The notes under the pieces: model-generated
Database searches by the model: none
The model's input: only the letters and a program-made list of their open reading frames with translations
What the model was told of the DNA's origin: nothing
From: an uncultured delta proteobacterium
GTDB lineage: Bacteria > Desulfobacterota > Desulfomonilia > Desulfomonilales > Desulfomonilaceae
Reading direction: 5' to 3'
NCBI GenBank assembly: GCA_963789265.1
Contig: CAWBKB010000004.1
Location: 64,001-128,000, forward strand
Length of the DNA: 64,000 bases
Program-made: the position numbers and the translations under genes
Shown here: piece after piece, positions 10,376-21,122 of the stretch
How the letters are laid out: the number at the start of each line of letters is the position of its first letter
How positions within the stretch are numbered: the first letter of the stretch is position 1

Positions 10376-11158
10376 TCACTTGACTTCAGAGTAGTAATCC
10401 TTCTCAAGCTCCGCCCCGGATGGTTGGAAGATTCTGAAGCGAGCCAATCCCCATTGATGAAGTCGGAAGCGCACGGAAGTCCACAAGACGCCCAAACCGT
10501 AAACAACGGATCGTCGGAAATTGATTGAAGAAGCCTCGGGGAAATACCGCGTGGGGCAGGAAATTTCACCCAGGTTGAAGTTAAAATAGACAGCTTGGGC
10601 TAACATCTCATTATCAAAGATGAAGTCATCCGAATTTTCCCAGAACGGTAGATCTTCGAGCACTTTTCGAGAAAAGGCCCTGTATCCTGTGTGAAATTCC
10701 GAAAGCTTGGACTGGAGAAACAAATTCTCTATCAGTGTGAGGAATCTGTTGGAAATGTACTTGTAGAGCGGCATCCCGCTTTTTCTTGCTCTTCCTCCAA
10801 GTATTCGCGAGCCGAGCACCACGTCATATTCTTCGGACACAACCATCGCGGCCATCGCGGGCACGAGCTTCGGGGAATACTGATAGTCCGGGTGAAGCAT
10901 TACCACAACGTCAGCCCCCAGCTTTAGGGCTTCGGTGTAGCAGGTTTTCTGATTGCGGCCGTAGCCATAGTTCCTGTGGTGAAGGAAGCATCGGATCCCT
11001 AGTTGCCTTGCAAGGCGTACCGTCTCGTCCGCGCTGAAATCATCGACCAGAAGAATATCGTCCACCACTCCGCGATCCAACTCGGATATGGTGGTCTCAA
11101 GTGTTTGCGCCGCGTTATACGCAGGTAAGACTACGACTATGCGCTTTTCGTTAAGCAT
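10376..11158 (-). CDS. GT2 glycosyltransferase (DPM1-like)
   Basis: VVLPAYN, VDDFS.DET, NYGYG.NQKT, HPDYQY motifs. Confidence 0.92.
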   Translation of the reverse strand: MLNEKRIVVVLPAYNAAQTLETTISELDRGVVDDILLVDDFSADETVRLARQLGIRCFLHHRNYGYGRNQKTCYTEALKLGADVVVMLHPDYQYSPKLVPAMAAMVVSEEYDVVLGSRILGGRARKSGMPLYKYISNRFLTLIENLFLQSKLSEFHTGYRAFSRKVLEDLPFWENSDDFIFDNEMLAQAVYFNFNLGEISCPTRYFPEASSINFRRSVVYGLGVLWTSVRFRLHQWGLARFRIFQPSGAELEKDYYSEVK

Positions 11159-11247
11159 TCTTTTCCCGACAAAGGACTGACTGCTACCCGGGCCGCCCGT
11201 AAGGGCTCGTCTCCTCGCGTCAGACGGATGGACGAGGAGAACGAGCG

Positions 11248-12327
11248 CTAGGCCCCGAGCCGTTGCAGGCGTTCTTTTTCACTTCGAATCTGAATCATTT
11301 CAGCGATGATGGAAACCGCAATTTCTTCGGGAGTTTCTCCTCCAATGGAGAGTCCTATGGGCGCGTGGACACGTAGGAGTTTCTCCCTGCTAAACCCTTC
11401 CTTGAGCAAAGCCTCCAGAATAAGTTTGGTCTTCCTTCTCGACCCGATCATGCCGATGTAACCCGCGTTTGTGCTCAGGGCCTGGGCGAGTACTGTTTTG
11501 TCATGGGCATGCCCACGGGTTACGATCACCAAATAACTGTCTTCGTCCACCGCGAGATCCGAGAACGCACCATGAAATGATTTTACCGTAACGATTCGGT
11601 GCGCGTCAGGGACTCGAGCCGGTGAAGTGAATTCTTCGCGGTCGTCCAGCACTACCACATTGAACTTCACGTATGCAGCCAGATGCGCGACACAAACGCC
11701 CACATGTCCGGCGCCGAAAATGAATACCGTGCCGTGAGCCTTCAGCCATTCGAGAAAGACAGGGGACTCGCAACCCGGGACTTCAAGGAGTTGAGCGGGC
11801 TTCATCAGTCTCGGCTGGGGTGCGTTTTGCAAAGCAGAATCGGCGTGAGGAAAACCTCCGAAGCGTCTTCCCTGCCCGTCCGTCAACAAATGGTCAACGG
11901 TCCCGAGTTTTTGACCACCAGTGGGAATAGCGATGTCAGTCAGGAAAAATCCTGAAGATCTGTCTTGCGCCATGGCTAACAACCGCTCGAAGATTTCTTG
12001 CCGGGCCGGATCCCTTGCATCGACGAATTCTACCAGGACCTCGGCTTCCCCGCCGCAAATCATCTCCGTAGATTCCGTCCCCGCCCCGGTAAAGGAAAAC
12101 AGCGCGCGGTGGGATGTGCCCTGCCGGAGAGCCTCGGCGGCAAACTTTTGCACCTGCGCTTCGAAAAGCCCTCCCCCGATTGTGCCCACGATGGTGCCGT
12201 CTTGCTGAATGAGGAAACGCGTCCCGACGTGTCGAGGGGAAGATCCCTTTACAGTGAGTATTGTGGCCAAAACAAAACTTTGGCCCTGTTCGAACTGTTT
12301 GACTGCTGCGCTCCAGATTGCCTGCAT
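11248..12327 (-). CDS. xdhC: XdhC/CoxI molybdoenzyme maturation factor
   Basis: GSSPR, GTIGGG, MICGG, FGAGHV, TRGH.HD, YIGMIGSRRK, APIGL.IGGETPEEIA motifs. Confidence 0.9.
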   Translation of the reverse strand: MQAIWSAAVKQFEQGQSFVLATILTVKGSSPRHVGTRFLIQQDGTIVGTIGGGLFEAQVQKFAAEALRQGTSHRALFSFTGAGTESTEMICGGEAEVLVEFVDARDPARQEIFERLLAMAQDRSSGFFLTDIAIPTGGQKLGTVDHLLTDGQGRRFGGFPHADSALQNAPQPRLMKPAQLLEVPGCESPVFLEWLKAHGTVFIFGAGHVGVCVAHLAAYVKFNVVVLDDREEFTSPARVPDAHRIVTVKSFHGAFSDLAVDEDSYLVIVTRGHAHDKTVLAQALSTNAGYIGMIGSRRKTKLILEALLKEGFSREKLLRVHAPIGLSIGGETPEEIAVSIIAEMIQIRSEKERLQRLGA

Positions 12328-12460
12328 GGCTCCGTCACCCGCGCATAATTTCTTGACCGAGACCGAATGGTCGGCCTTCGGCTCTTGGACTTTGAAAAAA
12401 CCTATTAAAATTAAATGCTACGACACAGCTTGTCAAGGGCTTGGGGACAGCAGAAGCATC

Positions 12461-12627
12461 TATAGCCGTTGCCACAAGTAATGACCTGTTGACCATCCGT
12501 CACCCCGGCGAAGGCCGGGGTCCAGTCCCGCGAGGAACGCGGGATTGAAACGACTGGATTCCGGCCTCCGCCGGAATGACGGTGTCAGGCTACCTCTAAT
12601 CGGACAATACTTTTGGCAATGGGTATA
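12461..12627. mobile_element. MITE-like element with TA-flanked imperfect TIRs (IS630-like) carrying a GTCA-type REP doublet
   Basis: tatagccgttgccacaagta versus reverse complement tatacccattgccaaaagta; internal gtcaccccggcgaaggccggggtccag...ctggattccggcctccgccggaatgac. Confidence 0.65.
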
Positions 12628-12801
12628 AAATACCGAGCCTGCCCTACGTGAGCCCTGGAGGGGCTCAATGATAGTAGCCCGGTCCCGCGCGGAAACGCGT
12701 GATTGCCGGGTGGCCGATAAGCGATGATTCAATCTTCGTCCCGGAGAGGCGCCCCTCGGGGACGAAGAAAAGTCTCTTGGCGGTTCATTCCCGGCGATAA
12801 A

Positions 12802-14477
12802 GAAACTGTCTCAAAAGTCGATTTTGGGCTCGCGATTCTCAACCGATTCTACTAATGAGATGTGAAAAGAGAATCGGAGAGGGAAAGGATTATGCCGCAA
12901 ATCAGAGCCGACTACAAGCAGGTGTTTCTGCTTCCGCCCGCTATAGATGACTGGATAGGGCCTGATCATCCAGCGCGCTTCATAGGAGACTTTGTGGATT
13001 CCTTGGATTTGGAGGTGCTGGGTTTTCGAGTTCCGAATGGCGAAACGGGCCGTCCTCCCTATAGTACCGATCTTTTGTTGAAGGCATGGCTCTACGGCTA
13101 TTTCAGCAGAATCAGGTCATCGCGCAAGCTTGAGAAGGCATGCATGGAGAACATGGGATTGATTTGGCTGACGGGTATGAATGCAGCGGATCATAATACC
13201 CTGTGGCGATTCTGGAGGGACAACAAGAAGGTTTTCAAGGGAATATTCAAACAATCGGTTCAAGTGGCAGTCAAAGCCGAGTTGATAGGTATGGCGGTTC
13301 ATGCATTGGATGGAACCAAGATCCCTGTCGGATCATCTCGGGAGAAGTTCGAGAACCAAGATCAGTTGGAGCGGATGCTTGAGAATTTGGACAAGTGCGT
13401 TGCCGACGTCATGACGGAGACAGAGAGGTGCGAGCAAGAGGAGGGTGGCGAATGGCGTCTTCCCGAAGCCCTGCAGGACGAGTTGAAACGCAAGGAGCGG
13501 ATACAGAAGGCCTTGCAGGAATTGGATAAGACTGACAAGAAGGTCGTCCATCCCTGCGAGCCGGATGCCCGGTACATGAAGAACCGGCGGTCTACTGAGC
13601 CCTCTTACAATGCTCAAGCGGTGGCAGACCAACAAAGCGGCATGATTGTGGCTGAGGAAGTGGTCGACGAAGGCAATGACAATGGGCAGCTTGTTCCCAT
13701 GCTGGATCGAGTTCAGGAAAATTTGGGCGCAACCGCAGAGGAAACCGTGGCGGACGCAGGATACTTCGCATCGGCTCAAATCGCGTTGGCCGAAGAGAAG
13801 GAGTACGAGGTCTTGGTCGCCAAGTCGTCGGGAGAGTCCGCTGCGGAAAAAGGCGCTCAATGGGACCCTTATCACGCTTCCCAGTTCGTCTACGACCAAG
13901 AGCGAGACGTCTGTATTTGTCCGCAAGGCGCATCGCTGAACTTTCTTCAGAAGAAAGTCACAGGAAAAAACGGAAACGAGATCCGGCGGTATCGATGCCG
14001 GGACTACTTGACGTGTCCTGAACGGTGGAAGTGCAGCAAGAGCAAGAATGGCCGTCTCATAGACATTAACATCTATCGTGACGCAGTTGAGCGCCACCGC
14101 AAGAAACGGGAGGTCCCGGAAAGCAAGACGCTACTCCGAGCCCGCAAGGTGATCATTGAGCCGGTCTTTGCATGGATAAAGAGCCACTTGGACTTTAGAC
14201 GGTGGACCGTGTCCGGATTATCCAATGCGAGGGCTCAATGGTCTTTGATGTGCGCCACCTTGAATCTCAAGAAGCTCTACAGCCATTGGCTGACGGGGCG
14301 TCTGGTGCTAACCGCGGCCTAAGACATCAGGACGGAGAGTGACTCATGGCTGCCTGAGGCATACTCATAGCCGGCCCCGGCTCGTCGGAGACAAGGGAGG
14401 CCAAGGTGCGAGATTAACCGCACCCTACCACCCCGAGAGTCGTCATCGTGCCACTACAACCGTTTTGAGACACTCTC
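12802..14477 (+). mobile_element. IS1182-family insertion sequence
   Basis: TIRs gaaactgtctcaaaa (12802) and ttttgagacactctc (ending 14477), 13/15 match, enclosing one transposase. Confidence 0.9.
12892..14322 (+). CDS. IS1182-family DDE transposase
   Basis: LLPP.I.DWI..DH.ARFI, GRPPY, SSRKLE, DGTK, YNAQ, ADAGY, CPQG, R...IEPVF..IK motifs. Confidence 0.93.
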   Translation: MPQIRADYKQVFLLPPAIDDWIGPDHPARFIGDFVDSLDLEVLGFRVPNGETGRPPYSTDLLLKAWLYGYFSRIRSSRKLEKACMENMGLIWLTGMNAADHNTLWRFWRDNKKVFKGIFKQSVQVAVKAELIGMAVHALDGTKIPVGSSREKFENQDQLERMLENLDKCVADVMTETERCEQEEGGEWRLPEALQDELKRKERIQKALQELDKTDKKVVHPCEPDARYMKNRRSTEPSYNAQAVADQQSGMIVAEEVVDEGNDNGQLVPMLDRVQENLGATAEETVADAGYFASAQIALAEEKEYEVLVAKSSGESAAEKGAQWDPYHASQFVYDQERDVCICPQGASLNFLQKKVTGKNGNEIRRYRCRDYLTCPERWKCSKSKNGRLIDINIYRDAVERHRKKREVPESKTLLRARKVIIEPVFAWIKSHLDFRRWTVSGLSNARAQWSLMCATLNLKKLYSHWLTGRLVLTAA

Positions 14478-14651
14478 TGAATTGCCGGGCTATTATCTTG
14501 GCGCCCCTCCGGGGCTCATAAGGTTGCAAGGAATCTCTTATCTTAACGCCTATGCGCGCCTCGCGGGACTGTCCCACTAATCTAAATTAGATGCCTACAC
14601 GCTCACGCATGCCGACAATTCTTTCGAGAACCAATATATGTGCGGCAACCC

Positions 14652-15107
14652 TCAAGGTTCCTGCCGGGTAAGCTTTTCCCGGGACACGGCCATGAGCGTC
14701 ACAATGGCCTTTGCTACGGGTACTTGGTTTCCGTTTCGTATGTCGAAGACTTCGGATTCGGACACGATGATCTGGCGTCCCTCCCGGATTACACGCGAAT
14801 TGCAGATTAGGGATTCCCCAAACGCGGGACGAAGAAAGTTGATCTTAAATTCTATGGTTAGAATCTGCATATTTTCAGGCACGGTAGTGAATGCTGAATA
14901 TCCTGCCGTATGATCTGCCATAGTTGCCATGACGCCCGCATGAATGAACCCGTCCTGTTGCCGGTGATCTTCTTCAATTTTCACGTTTGATCTAAATACT
15001 CCCCAGTCGGCATCCTCTGCTTTGAATCGGCAGAATCTGATGAATCCGCGCTCATAATCATTCTTTAAGTAGGCTATTCTTTCCTTACTCATTCGGCGTT
15101 GAGGCAT
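14652..15107 (-). CDS. PaaI-family thioesterase
   Basis: QQDGFIHAGV.ATMAD and TIEFKINFLRPA hot-dog-fold motifs. Confidence 0.9.
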   Translation of the reverse strand: MPQRRMSKERIAYLKNDYERGFIRFCRFKAEDADWGVFRSNVKIEEDHRQQDGFIHAGVMATMADHTAGYSAFTTVPENMQILTIEFKINFLRPAFGESLICNSRVIREGRQIIVSESEVFDIRNGNQVPVAKAIVTLMAVSREKLTRQEP

Positions 15108-15760
15108 GCTTCACCCTCGAAATGCTTGCTGCAATAGAATGGTCTTCATGTCTTATGACGGGCAAGGAGGTCAGCCGCTAAACTACGGATCCAGTGGCCA
15201 CCGTTCCGCTGAAGCTAGCAGTGGCTGAGGTTAGCCATTGGAATTGGAAAATGTCAAGGCAAGGTTTTCCAAGATCACGCCCTCGGTGCATTTATGCGAG
15301 GAAGGCTCTTGAACGCTAGGTGTTCCTTGGCAGTCGAAAAACCTCGTGAAAACCGTTTTGATGCGCGACATCGCGCCGGGAAATTCGCGCGTGCACCTAT
15401 TCTGTAACAACTCTTCAGCCTCAGGACTAGATGATTGATGGTATCTCCAAGTCATCACAGCGAAATCAGTTAGCATTTCTTATTACTATTAATCTGAATC
15501 AATTATTCAGTTAGCTGAAATTTGTTGCATAAGAGAGTATTTTTTTGGTAAAACAACACGCTACCTAACAATTGTCGACGGATCCAGATCCAGTGAAAAC
15601 AGCCTTGGGAATAGCAGTTGACGAGATTCTCGTCGGAAGCCTTTGTGGTGGGAGGGCGCTTGCCGATTCACCGCTGAGTTAAAATAGGCTTGCGCGCTCG
15701 TTTTGCGCGGAACTCAGGGCCGAGCACTAGGATCCGGTTACCAAGGCGATCATATCTTTC

Positions 15761-18561
15761 ATGGAGAGCCGTATGAACCACAAGTATATCTTTTCTTTTC
15801 GTGAGGGCGACGGAAAAAACAAGCAGCTTTTGGGCGGCAAGGGGGCCAATCTCTGCGAGATGACTCAGATCGGCCTAAATGTGCCACCTGGTTTCGTGAT
15901 CACGACCGATGCCTGTCTGGCGTTCCTCGCTTCTCCAAATGGAGATCTTCCTCCCGGACTGATGAGCGCCGTTAAAGAACATATCAACGCTCTGGAGAAG
16001 GTAACCGGAAAGGTCTTCGGGGATCCCCACAACCCGTTGCTCGTTTCTGTGCGCTCCGGATCTGCCCTTTCAATGCCCGGAATGATGGACACCATCCTCA
16101 ACCTGGGATTGAACTCGCTCACTGTGCAGGGGCTGATAAGGCAAACTCGGAATGAGCACTTTGGCTATGACGCTTATCGCCGCTTCATTCAGCTCTACGG
16201 CAAAATTGCGATGGGCGTCCCGGATGAACAGTTCAACCGAGACCCTCGAAGCCATCAAAGTCAGGTCGGGCGCTCTTACTGACGTGGACCTCACAATTGA
16301 AGACCTCAAGGAAGTCTGTGAACTCTTTCTCCATGTGATTGAGGAACAGACCTTCAAACCTTTTCCCGAAGACGTTTACCAACAGTTGGAACTGGCGATC
16401 AAAGCGGTATTCAAGTCCTGGATGGGGAAGCGCGCAGTTGACTACCGTCGCGAGTTCAACATCACCCCCGAAATGTGCAATGGAACGGCAGTCAGCGTGG
16501 TTTCCATGGTCTTCGGAAACATGGGCAACGACAGCGGCACGGGTGTGGGCTTCACCAGGGACCCTGCCACCGGCGAAAACAAGATGTTCGGCGAGTACTT
16601 GGTTAATGCGCAAGGTGAAGACGTGGTGGCTGGTATCCGAACGCCTAAACCTATTCAGGCAATGGCCGAGGAAATGCCGGACCTTTATCGCCAGTTGGAA
16701 GATCTGCGGACCAGACTGGAGAACCATTATCGTGAAGTTCAAGATTTTGAATTCACGATTGAAAAGGGCGTTCTTTATTGCCTCCAGACCCGCAACGGGA
16801 AGATGACGGCAACAGCGATGGTGAGAACTTCCGTTGAAATGGTGCACGAGGAGTTGCTGACCAAAGAAGAGGCGTTGCTGCGGATCAATCCGGAGCACCT
16901 CGAGGCAGATCCTCTATCCCGGACTCGACCCTAGCTTCAAAGCTAAACCACTTGCTCAAGGCCTGCCTGCATCACCGGGCGCGGCGTCCGGTAAGTGCGT
17001 CTTCGATGCGGATAGAGCGGAAACCTTAGGCAAAGCCGGGGTGAAGGTAATTTTGGTGCGTGAGGAAACCAAACCTGAGGACATTCACGGGTTTTTCGCT
17101 GCTCAGGGCATTCTCACGAGCCGCGGGGGAAAGACTTCTCACGCTGCGGTTGTAGCCCGAGGCATGGGAAAACCGTGCGTCGCGGGTGCCGAAGGGACTC
17201 GGGTCGATGTCCAGCACAGACTAGCGCTGGTGGGAGATCAGGTGATCCACGAAGGTGATGTCATCACTATCGACGGCGCAACCGGTAATGTCTACTTCGG
17301 AGAGATTCCTACGATCGAGCCGGAGTTCAGTCCCCAACTAAACATCCTTTTAGGGTGGGCCGACGAGTTGGCTAAACTGCAAGTCATGGCCAATGCGGAT
17401 ACACGGCATGATGCAGAGCGCGCGCGGTCATACGGAGCGGTAGGAATAGGTTTGTGTCGCACCGAGCGTATGTTCAACGCGCCCGACCGTTTACCCATAG
17501 TGGTCGAGCTGATACTGGCAGAGGTCTTTGAGGACCGGCAAAAGGCGCTAACCAAGTTGTTGCCGATTCAACGCTCGGATTTTAAGGGATTATTCGAAGC
17601 TATGTCCCCTTACCCAGTAACGATTCGGCTCCTCGACCCTCCGTTCCACGAATTTCTCCCCTTAGAAAACGAGCTTCTGGAACAGCTTGACGATCTGAGA
17701 CGTTTGCGAAAAACCGCCAGGACAACTGGAAGACTTCTGCAGAGTGTGAAGCTGGTCGATCCTGAATTGCACGCCAACTATTTGGAACAACGACGGGGAT
17801 TGCCGATATTCTTTGCAGAACTCGAAGTAAAAACAATAGACGAGGTAATCAGCAAAAAGGAGTTGATGCTCCAGAGAGCCCGTGCCCTCCGGGAGACGAA
17901 CCCGATGCTCGGGCATCGCGGCGTCCGCCTCGGCATTTCTTTTCCCGAAATCTATACCATGCAGATACGAGCCATACTGGAGGCCGCGGCCGAATGCGTG
18001 AAGGAAGGGGTAGAGGTTCACCCGGAAATCATGGTACCGCAGGTCTGCGCGGATACCGAATTGAAATGGGTGAAACAATATGTAGATAGAGTGCGGAAAG
18101 AGGTGGAAGAAGCCCACGGCATGAAGCTCGATTTCAAGTATGGCAGCATGATCGAAGTGGTGAGGGCTTGTCTGACAGCCGATGAGATGGCGCGAGTCGC
18201 GGAGTTTTTCTCGTTCGGCACCAACGACCTTACACAGGCCGCTTTCTCTTTCAGCCGTGAGGACGCCGAGAACAAATTCCTCCCCTTTTATCAGGCACGC
18301 GGCATTCTCGAAGGTAATCCATTTGAGGTACTGGATGTCAAGGGAATTGGACCTCTTATGAAGATGGCCGTACAAGCGGGACGCCTGGCCAGGCCCGGCC
18401 TCAAGATAGGAATCTGCGGTGAGCATGGCGGACATCCCGCATCCATCCGGCTGTGTCATCAAGTAGGATTGGACTACGTATCATGTTCGGGTCCCCGGGT
18501 GCCGATTGCACGCCTGGCCGCGGCACATGCTACGATGATGGAGAAAAATTACGACGTTTAG
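15761..18561 (+). CDS. ppdK: Pyruvate, phosphate dikinase (two apparent +1 frameshifts near 16240 and 16905)
   Basis: LGGKGANL, PLLVSVRSG..SMPGMMDT, QGEDVVAGIRTP, GGKTSHAAVVAR, FGTNDLTQ, GICGEHGG across three frames. Confidence 0.93.
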
Positions 18562-18736
18562 AGAGAAGGAGCCTGCGCAGTGCGAAGAACATACCCGTGC
18601 TTGGATTAAAATGGCGGGCGCTAAGTGTTCCAATCCTCGCTTGACAGAGCAATTCCAGCAATGCTACTGTATCAGAGCTATTTCACTTGATTTGCCTTGT
18701 GTTTCGATGATTCACGTATTGCATTGGGGTATAGCC

Positions 18737-19102
18737 ATGAATGTTCCCAGGGTTGCCGTGATTCTTATGCTCGCGATGCTTTTGCCCGCTGTAGCGTTAC
18801 CCTGCTTTGCGGGCGAAGCCGGCTTCAGAACCTGTGTCCCGGATCGGCCCATTCCGCCCGAGAGCGTCGGCCCCATTTCGGTTCCATTCGACCTCCCTAT
18901 CTGGCCCACGCTGATCAAAACAGAGTTTAACATCCTTCCCTGGGTGAGTATCGGCCGGGCCTCCGTTTGTATCCCCGGCACCTGCAAAACCATTGAGTTT
19001 CCCGCACCTTGTTTTTCGCTGAAGCCCATTCCTGTGTGGTTCCCGTGGCTCAGGCCACTCGATGTCGAGTGCCAAGAAAAGGGAGCGTGCGGCGTTCCTT
19101 GA
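18737..19102 (+). CDS. Hypothetical secreted Pro/Cys-rich protein
   Basis: Signal peptide followed by a Pro-rich, Cys-containing mature part. Confidence 0.55.
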   Translation: MNVPRVAVILMLAMLLPAVALPCFAGEAGFRTCVPDRPIPPESVGPISVPFDLPIWPTLIKTEFNILPWVSIGRASVCIPGTCKTIEFPAPCFSLKPIPVWFPWLRPLDVECQEKGACGVP

Positions 19103-19348
19103 ATCCATTTGCGGCAGGAACTACACGAGTAAATTGTAGACAAACATGATTGGCAGTAGTCCGGTCCCCGGAACGCTGGACTGCCTGCGACCGGGGGACA
19201 GACTGGACTCCGAATAGGGCCCGGGGTGACCCCGGGAAACCCTGCGCAAATCGGACAAGAATTTTTGCGATCTGTACAGGCCGTTCCTTCCCACGTGAAA
19301 GGTGCTCTATCGTTTCCCCGGGCTAGTAATGAAAGAGGTGCTGTTAGC

Positions 19349-21100
19349 GTGAACCGTTCCTCCCTAGCACTGACCTTGGAGCGGGTTCTGGAATTCTTAC
19401 ACGGGGACGGGCCCTTTCTTATGACAAGTGAGTCCCGTGATTCCTTTGCTCAAAAGGCTCAGGTTCTTCTCCGAAAGGCGCATCAGCAAGGAGAGGCCCT
19501 GTATGTCGGGATTCTCGGCGGAACAGGGGTGGGTAAATCCACGCTCATCAACGCTCTGGCGAAAAGTCAGATCTCGGGTGCTTCGAACAAACGACCTTTC
19601 ACCAATCGCGCGGTGGTTTATCGGCATAAGAGTACTCCTCGGGGACTGGACGAGATCTCCAGCCTCATACGGGAAGATGATGCTCTTCATGAATCCGATA
19701 TTATAAAAGATCTCGTGCTAATGGATCTTCCCGATTTTGATAGCGTCGAACAAGATAATCGCAAAGCCGTCCACGAAATACTCCCCTTTCTTGACTGTGT
19801 CGTATGGGTTGTAAGTCCGGAGAAGTACGTGGATTCCGTCCTTTATCACTTCGTGGGACAAACTCGAATACATCGCGAGAACTTCACGTTCGTGTTTAAT
19901 AAAGCCGACGAACTGATCAAGCAGGACAAGGGGGATCCTAATAGCAAACTCAAGGAAGCCCTGGGAGACTTCACATTTCGACTCAAGCATGAAAGCGGCA
20001 TCGAACAGCCTAGAGTATTCACTGTTTCAGCAAGCCACGAAGTTGAAGGAATGAAAGACCAACCGGTTCTGAAGAGCGAATTCAACCGGTTCCGAAGTTT
20101 TCTCATGGTTCGCAGGGACGCCAAAGAGGTCTCATCTGTTAAGATGGTCAATCTGGCAGAGGAAACCCGGCATCTGCTCAATGAGTTGAATATCGCAATT
20201 TCTCCTGAAAAAAAAAGGCGACTTTTGAACGGTCTCCCTGAAATCCTGAATGAGACTTCACAGGAGCCGGCGCTTGCGGGCCTCCACTTCATCGATCAGG
20301 AGAACAAACTTGCCGGCGAATTTTCGGGCCTTCTCTTGAGAGAAGACACGTCGATAGGACCTGTGCGGTTTGCTATGAGGGTACTCAACTGGGGGCGCGT
20401 TGGAGTGGACAAGCCTCCGGATGATCATTTGGAGCGTATATTACTGAGAACGGCGCGGGACGTTGACAAGAACAAACGCAGAGAGTTTGAAACGCTTGAC
20501 GCACGGCTGGGCTCGGAGCTTCTCCTCGCGTTCCGGCAGACTGAGGCTTCCCGTACCGGAGAAGACCCTGAAGAGACGCTGAACAAAGCTGTGAACCAGG
20601 CCTCCCAGCCAATGGCTCAAAAGATGAACCGAAGCAAAGGATCGCGTGCCGGCGGATTCTCAGGCTGGCGGCCTCTGTTCCAGAGACTTGTTTTAGGTAT
20701 TCCCGTGCTCATTTTGATCGCGAGGTTGGCCGGTCCGGCAACTGTCGAAGCGTGGCTGGACCATCCGAGCTTCCACGGCGGTTTAAAGATACTAGTGGGC
20801 TTTCTTACGTCGCTCTTCAGTTCTGACGGCTTGACCGGCCTTCTGGTACTGCTCATCTGCGATCTGTTCCTCATTTTCTATCTGGCTGCAAAGCGAATGA
20901 AAAACATAGAAAGGGACGCTCGCAACTTTGCTCTATCAGCGATCAAGAATCTGAATGACAACCTTGATGCGGCAACTCGCCGTCGTAAGGAAGAAAAGAG
21001 AGAAACCTTGCAGAGAATCCAGAAAGGTATTGATCACCTGACTGCTCTTAGCTCTATGTTCGACACTGCCGTTAGCGACCGGTCCGGCAAACTTCTCTAG
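19349..21100 (+). CDS. Membrane-anchored dynamin-like/MMR_HSR1 GTPase
   Basis: G1 GGTGVGKST, G3-like DLPDFDS, G4 NKAD, two C-terminal hydrophobic helices. Confidence 0.8.
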   Translation: MNRSSLALTLERVLEFLHGDGPFLMTSESRDSFAQKAQVLLRKAHQQGEALYVGILGGTGVGKSTLINALAKSQISGASNKRPFTNRAVVYRHKSTPRGLDEISSLIREDDALHESDIIKDLVLMDLPDFDSVEQDNRKAVHEILPFLDCVVWVVSPEKYVDSVLYHFVGQTRIHRENFTFVFNKADELIKQDKGDPNSKLKEALGDFTFRLKHESGIEQPRVFTVSASHEVEGMKDQPVLKSEFNRFRSFLMVRRDAKEVSSVKMVNLAEETRHLLNELNIAISPEKKRRLLNGLPEILNETSQEPALAGLHFIDQENKLAGEFSGLLLREDTSIGPVRFAMRVLNWGRVGVDKPPDDHLERILLRTARDVDKNKRREFETLDARLGSELLLAFRQTEASRTGEDPEETLNKAVNQASQPMAQKMNRSKGSRAGGFSGWRPLFQRLVLGIPVLILIARLAGPATVEAWLDHPSFHGGLKILVGFLTSLFSSDGLTGLLVLLICDLFLIFYLAAKRMKNIERDARNFALSAIKNLNDNLDAATRRRKEEKRETLQRIQKGIDHLTALSSMFDTAVSDRSGKLL

Positions 21101-21122
21101 GGGCATTGTTTCGAACAATACC

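Larger units (their letters stand above)
12650..14554. repeat. Palindromic REP-like element interrupted by IS1182
   Basis: Left gagccctggaggggctcaatgatagtagcccgg pairs with right ccgggctattatcttggcgcccctccggggctc; right part nearly identical to 53327-53404. Confidence 0.7.

Noticed and set aside
13333..14097. 254-aa antisense ORF inside the transposase, and similar long antisense ORFs elsewhere
   Set aside because: They fully overlap well-supported genes and show no motifs.
15480..15760. Structured RNA leader upstream of ppdK
   Set aside because: Only short hairpins; no match to a family I can recognise.
15761..18561. ppdK and other split genes (MltD-like, livM-livG, epimerase, ankyrin 2, dikinase-like, DUF202) as pseudogenes or programmed frameshifts
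   Set aside because: Where I could reconstruct the break it is a single extra base in a short run, with no in-frame stops or slippery-site pattern. This is most consistent with sequencing or assembly error; reads are needed to confirm.
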